Assembly: GCA_044226015.1 (NCBI GenBank)
Contig: JBGAHS010000007.1
Location: forward strand, 64,001-128,000
Origin: Candidatus Obscuribacteraceae bacterium
Lineage (GTDB): Bacteria; Cyanobacteriota; Vampirovibrionia; Obscuribacterales; Obscuribacteraceae
Reading direction: 5' to 3'
Length of the DNA: 64,000 nt
The position numbers and the translations under genes were made by a program. The notes below the pieces were generated by a model, which saw nothing but the letters and a program-made list of their open reading frames with translations, had not been told where the DNA came from and searched no databases. Of the stretch, positions 21,001-29,087 are shown piece after piece. Position 1 is the first letter of the stretch. Each line of letters begins with the position of its first letter.

Positions 21001-22231
21001 ACACAAGGAAGATAGGAGCGAACATGTATTGTGCAGTCAGGAGAGCTGTCTGAACGGCTTTGAGAATAAGAATGTAGACCAACTCGGCAATTAAGATGCC
21101 ACCGAGAATGGTGAAAATCATTGTTGAGGCGAAGTAAAAGAGTGAGCCGACAAATTGTCCAGCCACTGGAATCGCCAGGTTAGCCAGGAGAGGAGCAAAC
21201 ACGCTTGTAGCTCCGGCACCTGCTGCGATAACACCGCCTTTGACTGCTTGAGCCAGAGCATAGTCGAGCATCAGCACCTGGTCTGCACTGTTGAAATAAA
21301 TTGCCTTGATCATTTCGTTTGAAATCTGAATCTCAAACGCATATATGGTCGGCCAGGCAAGTAGTAAGCCTGCTGTGAAAATCAAACGACCGACTGGTCC
21401 CATCAGGTTGCCTGCGCCACCCCAGGAAGCATCTGCCCAGAATTTCCAGATACAGAGAATGAATAGAAGAAGTAGAAGGTCGACGGCAATTCCGTACATC
21501 ACATCAGCGCCCTGACGAATGTATGGCGAGATGCCATCATTTTGCTGTCCGTTCAAGCCGTTGACGGCTATGTTCGGGTTGAGCACGAATACACGGAGGA
21601 ACTTCGCGAGGAACTGCGCGGTGTCCGCGATCCATCCATCAATTAGTTCAGACAACCACTTACCGAACAACTGACCGATGTTCTGGAAGAGGTTGCCTAC
21701 GATGTCATCTTTGAAGAACTGGTGCATGCCTCGATAGGTGTCATTAACTGACCCGAGGCTAGCATTCAATATATTATTTGCTGCTTTCTGAACGTCGCCG
21801 CCCTGACCCTGTTCGGCAGCCTGGAACACGACTGGTGCATAATTTCCTGTAAGGATTTTTGCGACACCATCATCGATGTTTCTCTGGTTTGTTGGAATCG
21901 CCTGGTCGACACGGTACATGTTGCCAACCGCATCTTCATACGGGTTCGGAACTGTATTTTCAGTTTTCTTACCGGCTTGAGATGGGTCCTGACTGCCCTG
22001 CCCTTGTCCCTGCAGAGTTTCAGCAGGCTTGGTTTGAGCGAAAGTCGGTGCCATTGCACAAAGGTGCATAGCCAGTATAAGCATTAAACCGATGAACGCG
22101 TTGCGTTTGCGATTCAGCACCGCGCTTGGTGCTCGCAATGACTTGACGAGCTTGTTTAAAACGTCTGATAGCTGGCCAGGCGTCTTGCCTTCCAGCTTTG
22201 TTGTTTCGCTAAAACCCTTACTGTGAGTCAC
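18065..22231 (-). CDS. Giant VirB6/TrbL-like polytopic T4SS protein with signal peptide and ~850-aa C-terminal extension
   Basis: Cluster of 6-7 hydrophobic segments at about aa 240-500 including the VirB6-typical AQYMFAPIFLVFFATPDTE..ATGYVRAF; follows a pilin-like gene. Confidence 0.75.
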   Translation of the reverse strand: MTHSKGFSETTKLEGKTPGQLSDVLNKLVKSLRAPSAVLNRKRNAFIGLMLILAMHLCAMAPTFAQTKPAETLQGQGQGSQDPSQAGKKTENTVPNPYEDAVGNMYRVDQAIPTNQRNIDDGVAKILTGNYAPVVFQAAEQGQGGDVQKAANNILNASLGSVNDTYRGMHQFFKDDIVGNLFQNIGQLFGKWLSELIDGWIADTAQFLAKFLRVFVLNPNIAVNGLNGQQNDGISPYIRQGADVMYGIAVDLLLLLFILCIWKFWADASWGGAGNLMGPVGRLIFTAGLLLAWPTIYAFEIQISNEMIKAIYFNSADQVLMLDYALAQAVKGGVIAAGAGATSVFAPLLANLAIPVAGQFVGSLFYFASTMIFTILGGILIAELVYILILKAVQTALLTAQYMFAPIFLVFFATPDTESYATGYVRAFVETSLWTFVWVGLLKVMTIILFSNFNPWGKILISIGVLQLMIQVPSFLGRAQISPVSDFVTAGLVFGTFSKALGGLKDMSTALTDKGINWFTNDRFADKGLNVTKDAAMNGLPGKSSNPELLNSLNKVTQKDGAADPSKLAASGPAPAMKPLGTGTGDGLGKSGAVPPIDKTDPKLKTAEGKPGDKGIGEKSLSTTVPVPPKKDVKTGGVVAAAGLGALAGALAAGAEGKPTASGPPEAPKGPPPDGEGGLKPPGDKFEWGKSTAEGWNESNLIHVDTRKLLGKLTSVDGVGLRVGQKRTSALGSTANGIQRVNIAEGASDSEMAHAIYSAGFANNVSTDDPARDAARKSAMDAGAHQPKGALENMAANWLSNTGSSWNRTAISKQRFQQAMFEQAVKGSQAYVSKQKGNAYTDYLRGRYGEWGDEQDAMAVHLITNPDSSESPWNRNIGPATDALVSSGIPIGADTRGAMQNMSIQGMHPARRKQAVFAALSYTYQRAKEMYGNEHPSVFALGHGEMARSLSAAEVEQSLVMYQTTGQADLNSTMAPQLMAGTAAVASAAQVDYGTAYSSLIARMPETARRMNFIPSNANISGISTYSDLAAVIVPAAGQSHAQAMQVIMEETGGVLSQAQTARVPMAQLSTPAMADVYGFLANYGAAGLSSVAGQRALNIVAKTCNTVGVDRSASTLEALVSYERNGGSVGSMDQARIILAEKAYSHGGSGSVAPQVIEVAAQQGYAINDTVPWGDIEKIAKGTIQVQQVVKNPNSAAVVFDNIARAEASSHGIDTSSMTVVEVVDALESRGSSSGTVVQKAIALSRQGGNFSDTQWTDSKAVEMLVRDGGSHPYSPQAINVVTRIMGGGGTTPQHIRVVEEYLDNDGRSKDINLGNLEVASAIDQLRSSHASDPDWGHVKISPAIIKMVQRDPSYSAKNPNNFSADLIDRIVKSAKRFAPGGGGDDA

Positions 22232-22263
22232 GTTTGCTGAACCTGAGAGAGAAACGCTTCATG

Positions 22264-22298
22264 GATTTATATTCCCGACTTCAGTGGGAAAATCCGTA
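22264..22298. promoter_or_regulatory. Tandem operator-like sites GATTTATATTCCCG (22264) and TGGGAAAATCCGTA (22285) upstream of the virB6-like gene
   Basis: 21-bp spacing; same motif family as at 7849, 17393 and 24309. Confidence 0.45.
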
Positions 22299-22338
22299 AA
22301 ATAACGGGTCGGTACATGAATAAACATATACCGACCCG
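22298..22338 (-). terminator. Intrinsic terminator-like hairpin after the pilin gene
   Basis: Inverted repeat CGGGTCGGTA (22305-22314) / TACCGACCCG (22329-22338) followed on the minus strand by TTATTTT. Confidence 0.7.
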
Positions 22339-22354
22339 ACTTGAGAGCTTTGGA

Positions 22355-22783
22355 TTAGAGACCGCCGCCCAGACCGCCGAAGTTGTTGATTGCGAATGTA
22401 CCGATGAGGTGAACAGCGGTTGGTCCGCCGAATCCTACACCGAGACCCTTAGCAACGTTCATTGCGGATTCACCACCGTCTCTCTGACCGAATGCAATCT
22501 TCATGCCAGCGAGTGATGAGGGGACTGTCGAAAGTGCAGTTACTACACGGGAAATATCTCTTGCGGTGTCATAACCGTAGTCAGCCAATTGACCGACTTC
22601 GTTTGATTGTCCGTAACGTGGGTCTACTGGCGCACCCACGAGACCTTGGGCATGCGCAACTTGATCGTATACGCCGAAAGCCATGAGGACTAGTTGAGGA
22701 GCCAGGAGAATACCTACGCGCGAAGCAACCCGGAATGCTCTGGAAGAGACGACTTTCTTCGAAAGAGTGCTGAGTTGTGACAT
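22355..22783 (-). CDS. VirB2/TrbC-like pilin
   Basis: Long signal peptide ending AHA-Q; two hydrophobic helices separated by GMKIAFGQRDG; 142 aa; upstream of virB6-like gene; AGGAGG RBS. Confidence 0.6.
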   Translation of the reverse strand: MSQLSTLSKKVVSSRAFRVASRVGILLAPQLVLMAFGVYDQVAHAQGLVGAPVDPRYGQSNEVGQLADYGYDTARDISRVVTALSTVPSSLAGMKIAFGQRDGGESAMNVAKGLGVGFGGPTAVHLIGTFAINNFGGLGGGL

Positions 22784-22834
22784 TGTTGAACCTCCTGAAA
22801 GGATTGATCTTGTTGTGTGGAAACGAGTAAGGAT

Positions 22835-23476
22835 TTAATGTTTGAGGATGCGACCGTTAACAGCGGTTCTAACACTGTTTCCGGAACTGCTTGAAGGCAA
22901 GGAGCCTCCGGGCATATAGCCTGTGCTGTACGAAGCAACTGCTGGACTTGCAGATTGGCCAACGTGCTTGTGGGGTGTAAGCAGCTTGCCGCTAACATGA
23001 GCATTATGTGAGCGAGCAACTGGTCTGTGCGCCGGTGCAGCTTGTCTTACTGCCGGAGCGGTCGAAGTTCCTGGTCCAACTGCTGGTGGAAGCTGTGCCA
23101 TTTGAATTGGCGCTCCTGCACTCATTGGTTGTACCGGTTGTCCGAACGACGGGTTGAAGGCCGTTGTCGGAACGAAAGCTCTACCTGTGACCTGAGGCAT
23201 TGCTGGTCTAGCAGCAACCTGAGGAACTGGGGCTGGTGGGCGATTAAGCATGCCTGGTTCCAACCCGAGGAAACTTGAACTGCGGGGCATTGAACCTTGC
23301 TGCACTGATGGTGCGCCATAGCCCTGTGGAAGTCTTGGTTGTTCAACTCTATAAACGTTTGGAGCGAATGACCAGCGCGCGCCGCGCTCTTTAGCCTGGG
23401 CATTTGCTTGCTGCGCATCTACTGTGACCAGCGCTGCAACTGAGAGAAGTGACATAAGGAAGAATCTGCTTTTCAT
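22835..23476 (-). CDS. Secreted Pro/Gln/Ser-rich hypothetical protein
   Basis: Signal peptide MKSRFFLMSLLSVAALVTVDAQQANA; ATG at 23476 lies 4 bp after the upstream stop (ORF track start 23509). Confidence 0.7.
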   Translation of the reverse strand: MKSRFFLMSLLSVAALVTVDAQQANAQAKERGARWSFAPNVYRVEQPRLPQGYGAPSVQQGSMPRSSSFLGLEPGMLNRPPAPVPQVAARPAMPQVTGRAFVPTTAFNPSFGQPVQPMSAGAPIQMAQLPPAVGPGTSTAPAVRQAAPAHRPVARSHNAHVSGKLLTPHKHVGQSASPAVASYSTGYMPGGSLPSSSSGNSVRTAVNGRILKH

Positions 23477-23480
23477 TAGC

Positions 23481-24206
23481 TTAAAACCTTGAGTTATTGC
23501 GGACACCAAATCCGGTCATTGTGGTTGCGAACATGCCGGCACCCATCCAGGGGTTGTTAGACCAAAAACCTGATGTCATTGCACCTGCACCGAACGCTCC
23601 TGCGTAATTCAGAATGTTGGAAATTCCGCCCCTGCGAGTATTAACTTGTTTAGGTTGATTGTTTGAGCCACCAGTCAGCGTTTGAGTTTGTGCGATATAG
23701 CCTTGTTGCATTTGCTGATTGTTAGCCATTTGGAAATTTGGACCGCCCAGGCTGTTTTGTGCCATCGATGACGAGGACATCATGTCCATTCCTGGAGCTT
23801 GTGGAGCCATTCCTGGCGCCGTTGTTTGTTGTTGAGCTAGTGAGGGTTGAAGACCCGCTCTCCAGACTTTGTTCATAGCATCTGGAGGAAGCACTGTTTG
23901 ATCGCCCATCAATTGACCGAGAGCTTGTCTGCGGAGGTCCATCGGGTTTCCAGAGTCTGTAAGACCAGGAACTGAAGAACCGGCTGACATAGCAGCTTGT
24001 CTTGATTGAGCCTGGCTGGCACTAAGAGCACTTGCCGAACCCGGGTCGAGTGGCACCACTTCTGGTGGCAGCAACGCGTCCTGGTCAGGACCGATGCTTG
24101 CAGATGGATTAATGGATTGCATAGTTCCAGCTTCCATGCCTTGAGCCATCGCCGGCGCTGTCGCCAACATTAGACTTAGAATCAGGAGTGTGAGCTTGCC
24201 AACCAT
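23481..24206 (-). CDS. Secreted Met/Gln/Gly-rich hypothetical protein with C-terminal glycine-rich hydrophobic segment
   Basis: Signal peptide ending AMA-Q; C-terminal AGAFGAGAMTSG..WMGAGMFATTMTGFG. Confidence 0.75.
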   Translation of the reverse strand: MVGKLTLLILSLMLATAPAMAQGMEAGTMQSINPSASIGPDQDALLPPEVVPLDPGSASALSASQAQSRQAAMSAGSSVPGLTDSGNPMDLRRQALGQLMGDQTVLPPDAMNKVWRAGLQPSLAQQQTTAPGMAPQAPGMDMMSSSSMAQNSLGGPNFQMANNQQMQQGYIAQTQTLTGGSNNQPKQVNTRRGGISNILNYAGAFGAGAMTSGFWSNNPWMGAGMFATTMTGFGVRNNSRF

Positions 24207-24288
24207 TTCTATCTACTCTTTCCGGTGTCGGGTGAAATTTGTTTCAACCAGTGCGTGAATAATACGATCTTCATACTTAGACTAGAAG

Positions 24289-24322
24289 ACGGGTAATTCC
24301 CATCGGCATGGGAAGATTCCCA
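24289..24322. promoter_or_regulatory. Tandem operator-like sites ACGGGTAATTCCCA (24289) and TGGGAAGATTCCCA (24309)
   Basis: 20-bp spacing; in the intergenic region upstream of 24206. Confidence 0.6.
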
Positions 24323-24341
24323 CTGAGCACTTCCAAATCAA

Positions 24342-25325
24342 TTAGAAGTTTGTCACGACTGCCTTCGGAAGCAGCATCTGATTGCGCTTCTGGTTCGGAA
24401 CGTTGGAAGGCGAGAACTGTGTATAAGGGAATCCGAAGTCGGTCGTCTTATTGCTGTAAACGGGGACGCGTCGCATACCCTGACCGAATTCAGTAGCCTG
24501 GTTGGCGTGAAGTGCTGAAATGCCGTTATAACGCATAGCACTGTTACCATAATCCTGAATTGACTGAGCCGTAGAGATGGTTTGACCGCCCACAGAGAAG
24601 CGTTGTCCACCGCCAAGGTCGATAGAGCTGTTACGCATGCCATTTCCAGTCGACACACCGAACGGTACGCCGTAACCTGCCATAGGTCCGAGCAATTGCA
24701 CCTGGTCCTGGCTGCAGTCGCCGCCCAGTCCACCGAGGGCTGAATTGCGTCCACGAAGTTCATACTGGCGAGTTTCCTGACCACCTCTTCTCACGGTAGG
24801 AATGGTGGTGCAATAGCCGCCTGCTCCAGGAATGCCGCCGTCTGGATTAATTGGCAATTGAGCCGCTGGGTTCATCGAGCCCATTGGGGCGGTCAACATT
24901 CCAGGGTCAGCGCCGGGAGTAGATGGTGGCGTTGGAACGAAAGGTGTCAGCAATGGTCCGAGTACGCCAGGTGGCGACTGAATTGCTGGTGAAAATGGAA
25001 TTGGAATACCAGAGCTTCCACCACGAATATCATTAGAAGGAACGGATGGAACCCATGGCAAAAGTGTAGGAGCGCCGGTATGACCAGGCACTACTGGTGC
25101 TGCCGTCGGTCCGTCACCGGTTGCTGGCGGTGCACCTTCTTGAGCTGGCACGAAGGGGAGTCCTGTCTGGCTTCCAGCGACGATTGGACTTCTCAGTCCG
25201 AACGCTGGAGCGCCCACGAGGTTGCAACCATTGCTGGTACTGCTAGGTGCGCCCTGCGCTAGTGCAGCTGTAGGAGCAGCAATCGCGACAGTGAGTGAAA
25301 TTCCAAGAATGTTTCGAAGCAGCAT
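24342..25325 (-). CDS. Secreted Pro/Gly-rich hypothetical protein (paralog of 25351..26085)
   Basis: Signal peptide ending ALA-Q; shares GCNLxGAPAFGLRxP and GHTGAPTLLP with its neighbour; AGGAGG RBS. Confidence 0.8.
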   Translation of the reverse strand: MLLRNILGISLTVAIAAPTAALAQGAPSSTSNGCNLVGAPAFGLRSPIVAGSQTGLPFVPAQEGAPPATGDGPTAAPVVPGHTGAPTLLPWVPSVPSNDIRGGSSGIPIPFSPAIQSPPGVLGPLLTPFVPTPPSTPGADPGMLTAPMGSMNPAAQLPINPDGGIPGAGGYCTTIPTVRRGGQETRQYELRGRNSALGGLGGDCSQDQVQLLGPMAGYGVPFGVSTGNGMRNSSIDLGGGQRFSVGGQTISTAQSIQDYGNSAMRYNGISALHANQATEFGQGMRRVPVYSNKTTDFGFPYTQFSPSNVPNQKRNQMLLPKAVVTNF

Positions 25326-25350
25326 TGGTACGGCCTCCTGAGCCAGTAAG

Positions 25351-26085
25351 TTAGTAAGGAGCGATAGTCATAGTGGTGCAACCACTACGCGTGTAACCAC
25401 GTTGTCCATAAAGGTCTTGTGTAGCCATTGCACCAGGCAATGATTGGTACGGTCCATCTGTAGACAGCTGCCCATAGGAGGCTTGTTGTCCCCAGTCATA
25501 AGAACGCGTTCCTCTATATTTGTAGCGACCCCAATCGGTCGTTGTTTGTCCGCCCCATTTCTGGGTCGGTGCGCTGGCGCTGATGCCACCACCTGGGTTG
25601 ATGTTGGTGAGCGTTACAGGCGGAGTGTAAGTGCGAGTGTTGTAACAGCCACCGCCCATCGGTCCACTAATCATGCCCGGGTCGCAACCTGGTGTTGATG
25701 GAGGAGGCGGAACTGAATAACTCGGACCAAGCTGACCTGGCATAGATTGATTTGCTGGGTCGTGGTTTAGTGTGAATGTTGGTGTGCCGAGGTGATCGGT
25801 AGGATAGTCAGGATTTTGCGGCAGCAAGGTCGGTGCACCGGTGTGCCCCGCGACCACTGGTGCCGGGCATGCGCCGTCGCCGATTGCTGGAGGACGACCA
25901 GCAGGTGCCTGAACGAATGGTGCACCGTATGATGCTCCGTTGACTAATGGCGTTCTCAGTCCGAAAGCTGGTGCTCCCGCGAGGTTGCAACCGCCGCCTG
26001 AAGAAGCCTGTTGAGCATTCGCTGGCAACGCAAGCGCCAGCGCTAGTAAGAGAATTGAACTTGTGCTCAGCTGATTTAGTCTCAT
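25351..26085 (-). CDS. Secreted Pro/Gly-rich hypothetical protein (paralog of 24342..25325)
   Basis: ATG at 26085 with AGGAG RBS gives signal peptide MRLNQLSTSSILLLALALALPANA (ORF track start 26202). Confidence 0.8.
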   Translation of the reverse strand: MRLNQLSTSSILLLALALALPANAQQASSGGGCNLAGAPAFGLRTPLVNGASYGAPFVQAPAGRPPAIGDGACPAPVVAGHTGAPTLLPQNPDYPTDHLGTPTFTLNHDPANQSMPGQLGPSYSVPPPPSTPGCDPGMISGPMGGGCYNTRTYTPPVTLTNINPGGGISASAPTQKWGGQTTTDWGRYKYRGTRSYDWGQQASYGQLSTDGPYQSLPGAMATQDLYGQRGYTRSGCTTMTIAPY

Positions 26086-26166
26086 CTTTGCTCCTGTTTC
26101 GTTCTCAGGTCGCTCTCGCACACCTGGACTCCTCACAAAAGTAGGACTTCTAATAATGAATGTCGT

Positions 26167-26201
26167 TGGGGCGATTACGCACCCTATTACGGTTTCTCCC
26201 A
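26167..26201. promoter_or_regulatory. Tandem operator-like sites TGGGGCGATTACGC (26167) and TACGGTTTCTCCCA (26188)
   Basis: 21-bp spacing; the second site reverse-complements to TGGGAGAAACCGTA, close to the 22285 site; followed by CTGAG as at 24322. Confidence 0.45.
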
Positions 26202-26826
26202 CTGAGACCCGAAGAGCCAGGAGGGTTCAGTGAAGGCAGGCTCGTTTAATTTTTGTCATGGCTGCCAATCTATTAATAGCTGGTCAAAGTCTGACAAATT
26301 TTTTCCGTCGCACATCCGAGCTTCAATCTGTCGCATTCGCTAAGCAAACGGTCAAAAATTTTTCACGATGTTCGCTACCACTCAGATCCTTTCGTTCGTG
26401 CAATTGTTTCGGCAGCTCCGCAGCTGGAGTATGAGAGCCGCCCCTGTCAGTTGTTGGACTAGATTTCCCTACCTTCTTATTCAAAATATTGCAATTAATT
26501 TAGGTAATCGCCGAAACGCCAGCAGCGTCCTCTTTGCATGGTGTCACTGATGCATGATTCCATATATAGTGTCAGTGTGATCCCGATAAGGATCTTCACC
26601 ACTAGTGGTGCTTTTGATTTATCAGAATCTTTCTACAAGAGAGCAATTTATAGAATGTAGATCTAAAGCCAGTCTCCCGAAACATCTTGGCAGCGACAAA
26701 TCTCCGGATTGATCTCCAGGCAAGCAATTCCAGATCTTGAGCACTATCTGTGGTGTCAGTCTCGAAAAATTTGTTTGTCATATTTGCATGTTGCCGGTAT
26801 CATAACGGCAGGAAAGGAAGGCGCCT

Positions 26827-27528
26827 GTGGAAAGTCAGAAAGCAGAATTTTATTTCAGTCCGGTCGACGCTCACAACGATGCTGTGAACGTTCAAGGCAT
26901 GGAAGATCTTTTTCAGTGGGCATCAGAGACGGTGGCAGATGGTCTAGATGGTCGTCAACGCCGCGCTCGTGAGCAGCAAATCAAGAGGCAAGTGCTCAGT
27001 ATCATTCACCGAAGCGCTGATAGCCAGGCGCAAGCAAAATACGTGAATGAACTTGCCTATATGCAACGCAGAGTTATTGCATTGCAAGGCGCATTGATTG
27101 ATACCAATCAAGAAGTTCTGAATCTGAAGCAAGTGGTAGTTGCTCAGTACGTAAGTCTTCAAAGAGTTCCCGAGCTTGAGGAAAAAGTCATCAAGCTTGA
27201 AACCGAAATCATGCTGCGCGACAAAAAAGCAGCTGAACAGAAGAGTATTGACGAGCAGCGTAAACAGGCTGATGAAGAGCAAAAGCGTTCTGAAGAAGGA
27301 CGTAAGCTCGTTCTTGAAATAGAGCGCAAATCGGTAGAGGAAGAGCGCAATCACATGATGAACGCTCTTGCTAAACTCAAGAAAGAGCGCGATATTCTCG
27401 ACGAATTGCTCACTGCTAACGAGACGGAAAATTCACGACTGGTAAATCTTTTGAATGAAGCACGCAAAGAAATTGAAGTGTTGAAGTCCAGAAGATGGTG
27501 GCATATGTTCATGCCATGCAAGAAATAG
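26827..27528 (+). CDS. Coiled-coil hypothetical protein
   Basis: Long heptad-like E/K/Q-rich helix; C-terminal RRWWHMF; GGAAGG RBS. Confidence 0.7.
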   Translation: MESQKAEFYFSPVDAHNDAVNVQGMEDLFQWASETVADGLDGRQRRAREQQIKRQVLSIIHRSADSQAQAKYVNELAYMQRRVIALQGALIDTNQEVLNLKQVVVAQYVSLQRVPELEEKVIKLETEIMLRDKKAAEQKSIDEQRKQADEEQKRSEEGRKLVLEIERKSVEEERNHMMNALAKLKKERDILDELLTANETENSRLVNLLNEARKEIEVLKSRRWWHMFMPCKK

Positions 27529-27651
27529 TTCGCACTTACTAAGTTCACTAATTTTACATCGATGCGTTGATTGCCTCATCTAAGCCCCCGCTGGATGAGG
27601 CATGTCCTTTGGAGGACTTCAAGTTTATGCATCGAAGTAAAGACAAGTTCT

Positions 27652-28947
27652 CTATTCTTCGGCTGAATTCGAGTTCTTTGCTTTTTTCAATTTTCCTTCG
27701 AAGCCTCGGTTGCTTGGTTCGAAATAAACAGTGCCCTGCAATTCTTCTGGAAGGCACTTCATGTCTGTGTTTGCATTCTCGTAATCGTGCGCATACTTAT
27801 ACCCTTTGCCATAACCAATGTCTTTCATCAGCTTGGTTGGCGCGTTTCTCAAATGGAATGGAACCGGGTGCTGCAGAGAATTGTGCGCATCATTTGCGGC
27901 TGCACCGTAGGCGCGATAAACGGCATTTGACTTTGGGCAATAGGAAAGCAGCACTACGAGCTGGGCAAGTGCTAATTTGCCTTCTGGCATTCCAATTAGA
28001 TTGACAGCCTGCATAGCTGCAACTGCTTGTTCAAGCGCTTGTGGATGCGCAAGCCCAATGTCTTCTGATGCGAATCTCACCAGGCGTCGGGCAACATACA
28101 TTGGGTCTTCACCAGCTTCTAGCATTCGTGCAAGCCAGTAGAGAGAAGCGTCTGCATCTGAATTGCGAATTGATTTGTGCAACGCTGAAATGAGGTTGAA
28201 GTGATTTTCGCCCGTCTTGTCGTATTTCAGAATGGCTTGTTGAACAGCGTCTTTTACTTGCCCGTCGGTTGCGTCTTGGTTGCCGCGTCGTTTCATCACC
28301 GACGAGAGCAATTCAAGGCTGTTTAGCGCTGTTCTGGCGTCGCCGGACGAGTAAGTCGCGATAATGCTTAGCTGATCTTTGCTGATTTTGAGCCCCATTT
28401 TTCCCAGTCCGCGTTCTTCATCAGTGAGTGCGCGAAACAAAATTTCAGTGAGAGCTTCGACAGTAAGTTCGTCTAGAACGAAAACTTTCAAACGAGAGAG
28501 CAGTGCAGAGTTTAGTTCGAATGAAGGGTTCTCTGTTGTAGCACCGATTAAAACTATGGTTCCAGCCTCAACATAAGGCAAAAATGCATCCTGCTGCGCT
28601 CGATTAAATCGATGAATCTCATCGACAAACAAAATTGTTCTTTTGCCAGCAAAGTTGAAGTTTGCGGTAGCTTCAGCCATGACACCTTTGATTTCCTTGA
28701 TGCCAGAGGTGACAGCTGAAAAAGAGATCCAGCTTGTATTTGTAATTTTGCTGATGAGCCTTGCCAGGGTCGTCTTTCCTACCCCAGGAGGACCCCAGAG
28801 TATAAACGAGCTTACCTCGTCGGCTTCGATCATCTCTCGCAAAAGCCCGCCCGGTGCTAGAAGACGCTCTTGTCCGAAAAACTCGTCTAAAGAGTTCGGA
28901 CGCATTCTTTCTGCAAGAGGAATTGGCGCTTGTCTGGAGGAAGACAT
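27652..28947 (-). CDS. rarA: Replication-associated recombination protein A (RarA/MgsA AAA+ ATPase)
   Basis: [46 protein letters not shown]. Confidence 0.95.
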   Translation of the reverse strand: MSSSRQAPIPLAERMRPNSLDEFFGQERLLAPGGLLREMIEADEVSSFILWGPPGVGKTTLARLISKITNTSWISFSAVTSGIKEIKGVMAEATANFNFAGKRTILFVDEIHRFNRAQQDAFLPYVEAGTIVLIGATTENPSFELNSALLSRLKVFVLDELTVEALTEILFRALTDEERGLGKMGLKISKDQLSIIATYSSGDARTALNSLELLSSVMKRRGNQDATDGQVKDAVQQAILKYDKTGENHFNLISALHKSIRNSDADASLYWLARMLEAGEDPMYVARRLVRFASEDIGLAHPQALEQAVAAMQAVNLIGMPEGKLALAQLVVLLSYCPKSNAVYRAYGAAANDAHNSLQHPVPFHLRNAPTKLMKDIGYGKGYKYAHDYENANTDMKCLPEELQGTVYFEPSNRGFEGKLKKAKNSNSAEE

Positions 28948-29087
28948 TTGTTACCCGAATTTAGTAACCTGAATAATTAGAGCATAAGTGGAAAATCAGC
29001 CCCACCGGAGACAGTTAATCTTAGCTTTAGTGCTTTCAGGGCTTTTACTGGTTTCTCAACTATCTCGATATGCGTAAATACTAAGGC

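Noticed and set aside
33..26201. Calling the T4SS region an ICE or integrated plasmid
   Set aside because: No relaxase, integrase, att site or tRNA anchor is visible; it cannot be excluded beyond the left edge.
26557..26610. NrdR-box-like ATTCCATATATAGTGT and palindrome CACCACTAGTGGTG
   Set aside because: Spacing does not fit tandem NrdR boxes and no ribonucleotide reductase gene is adjacent.
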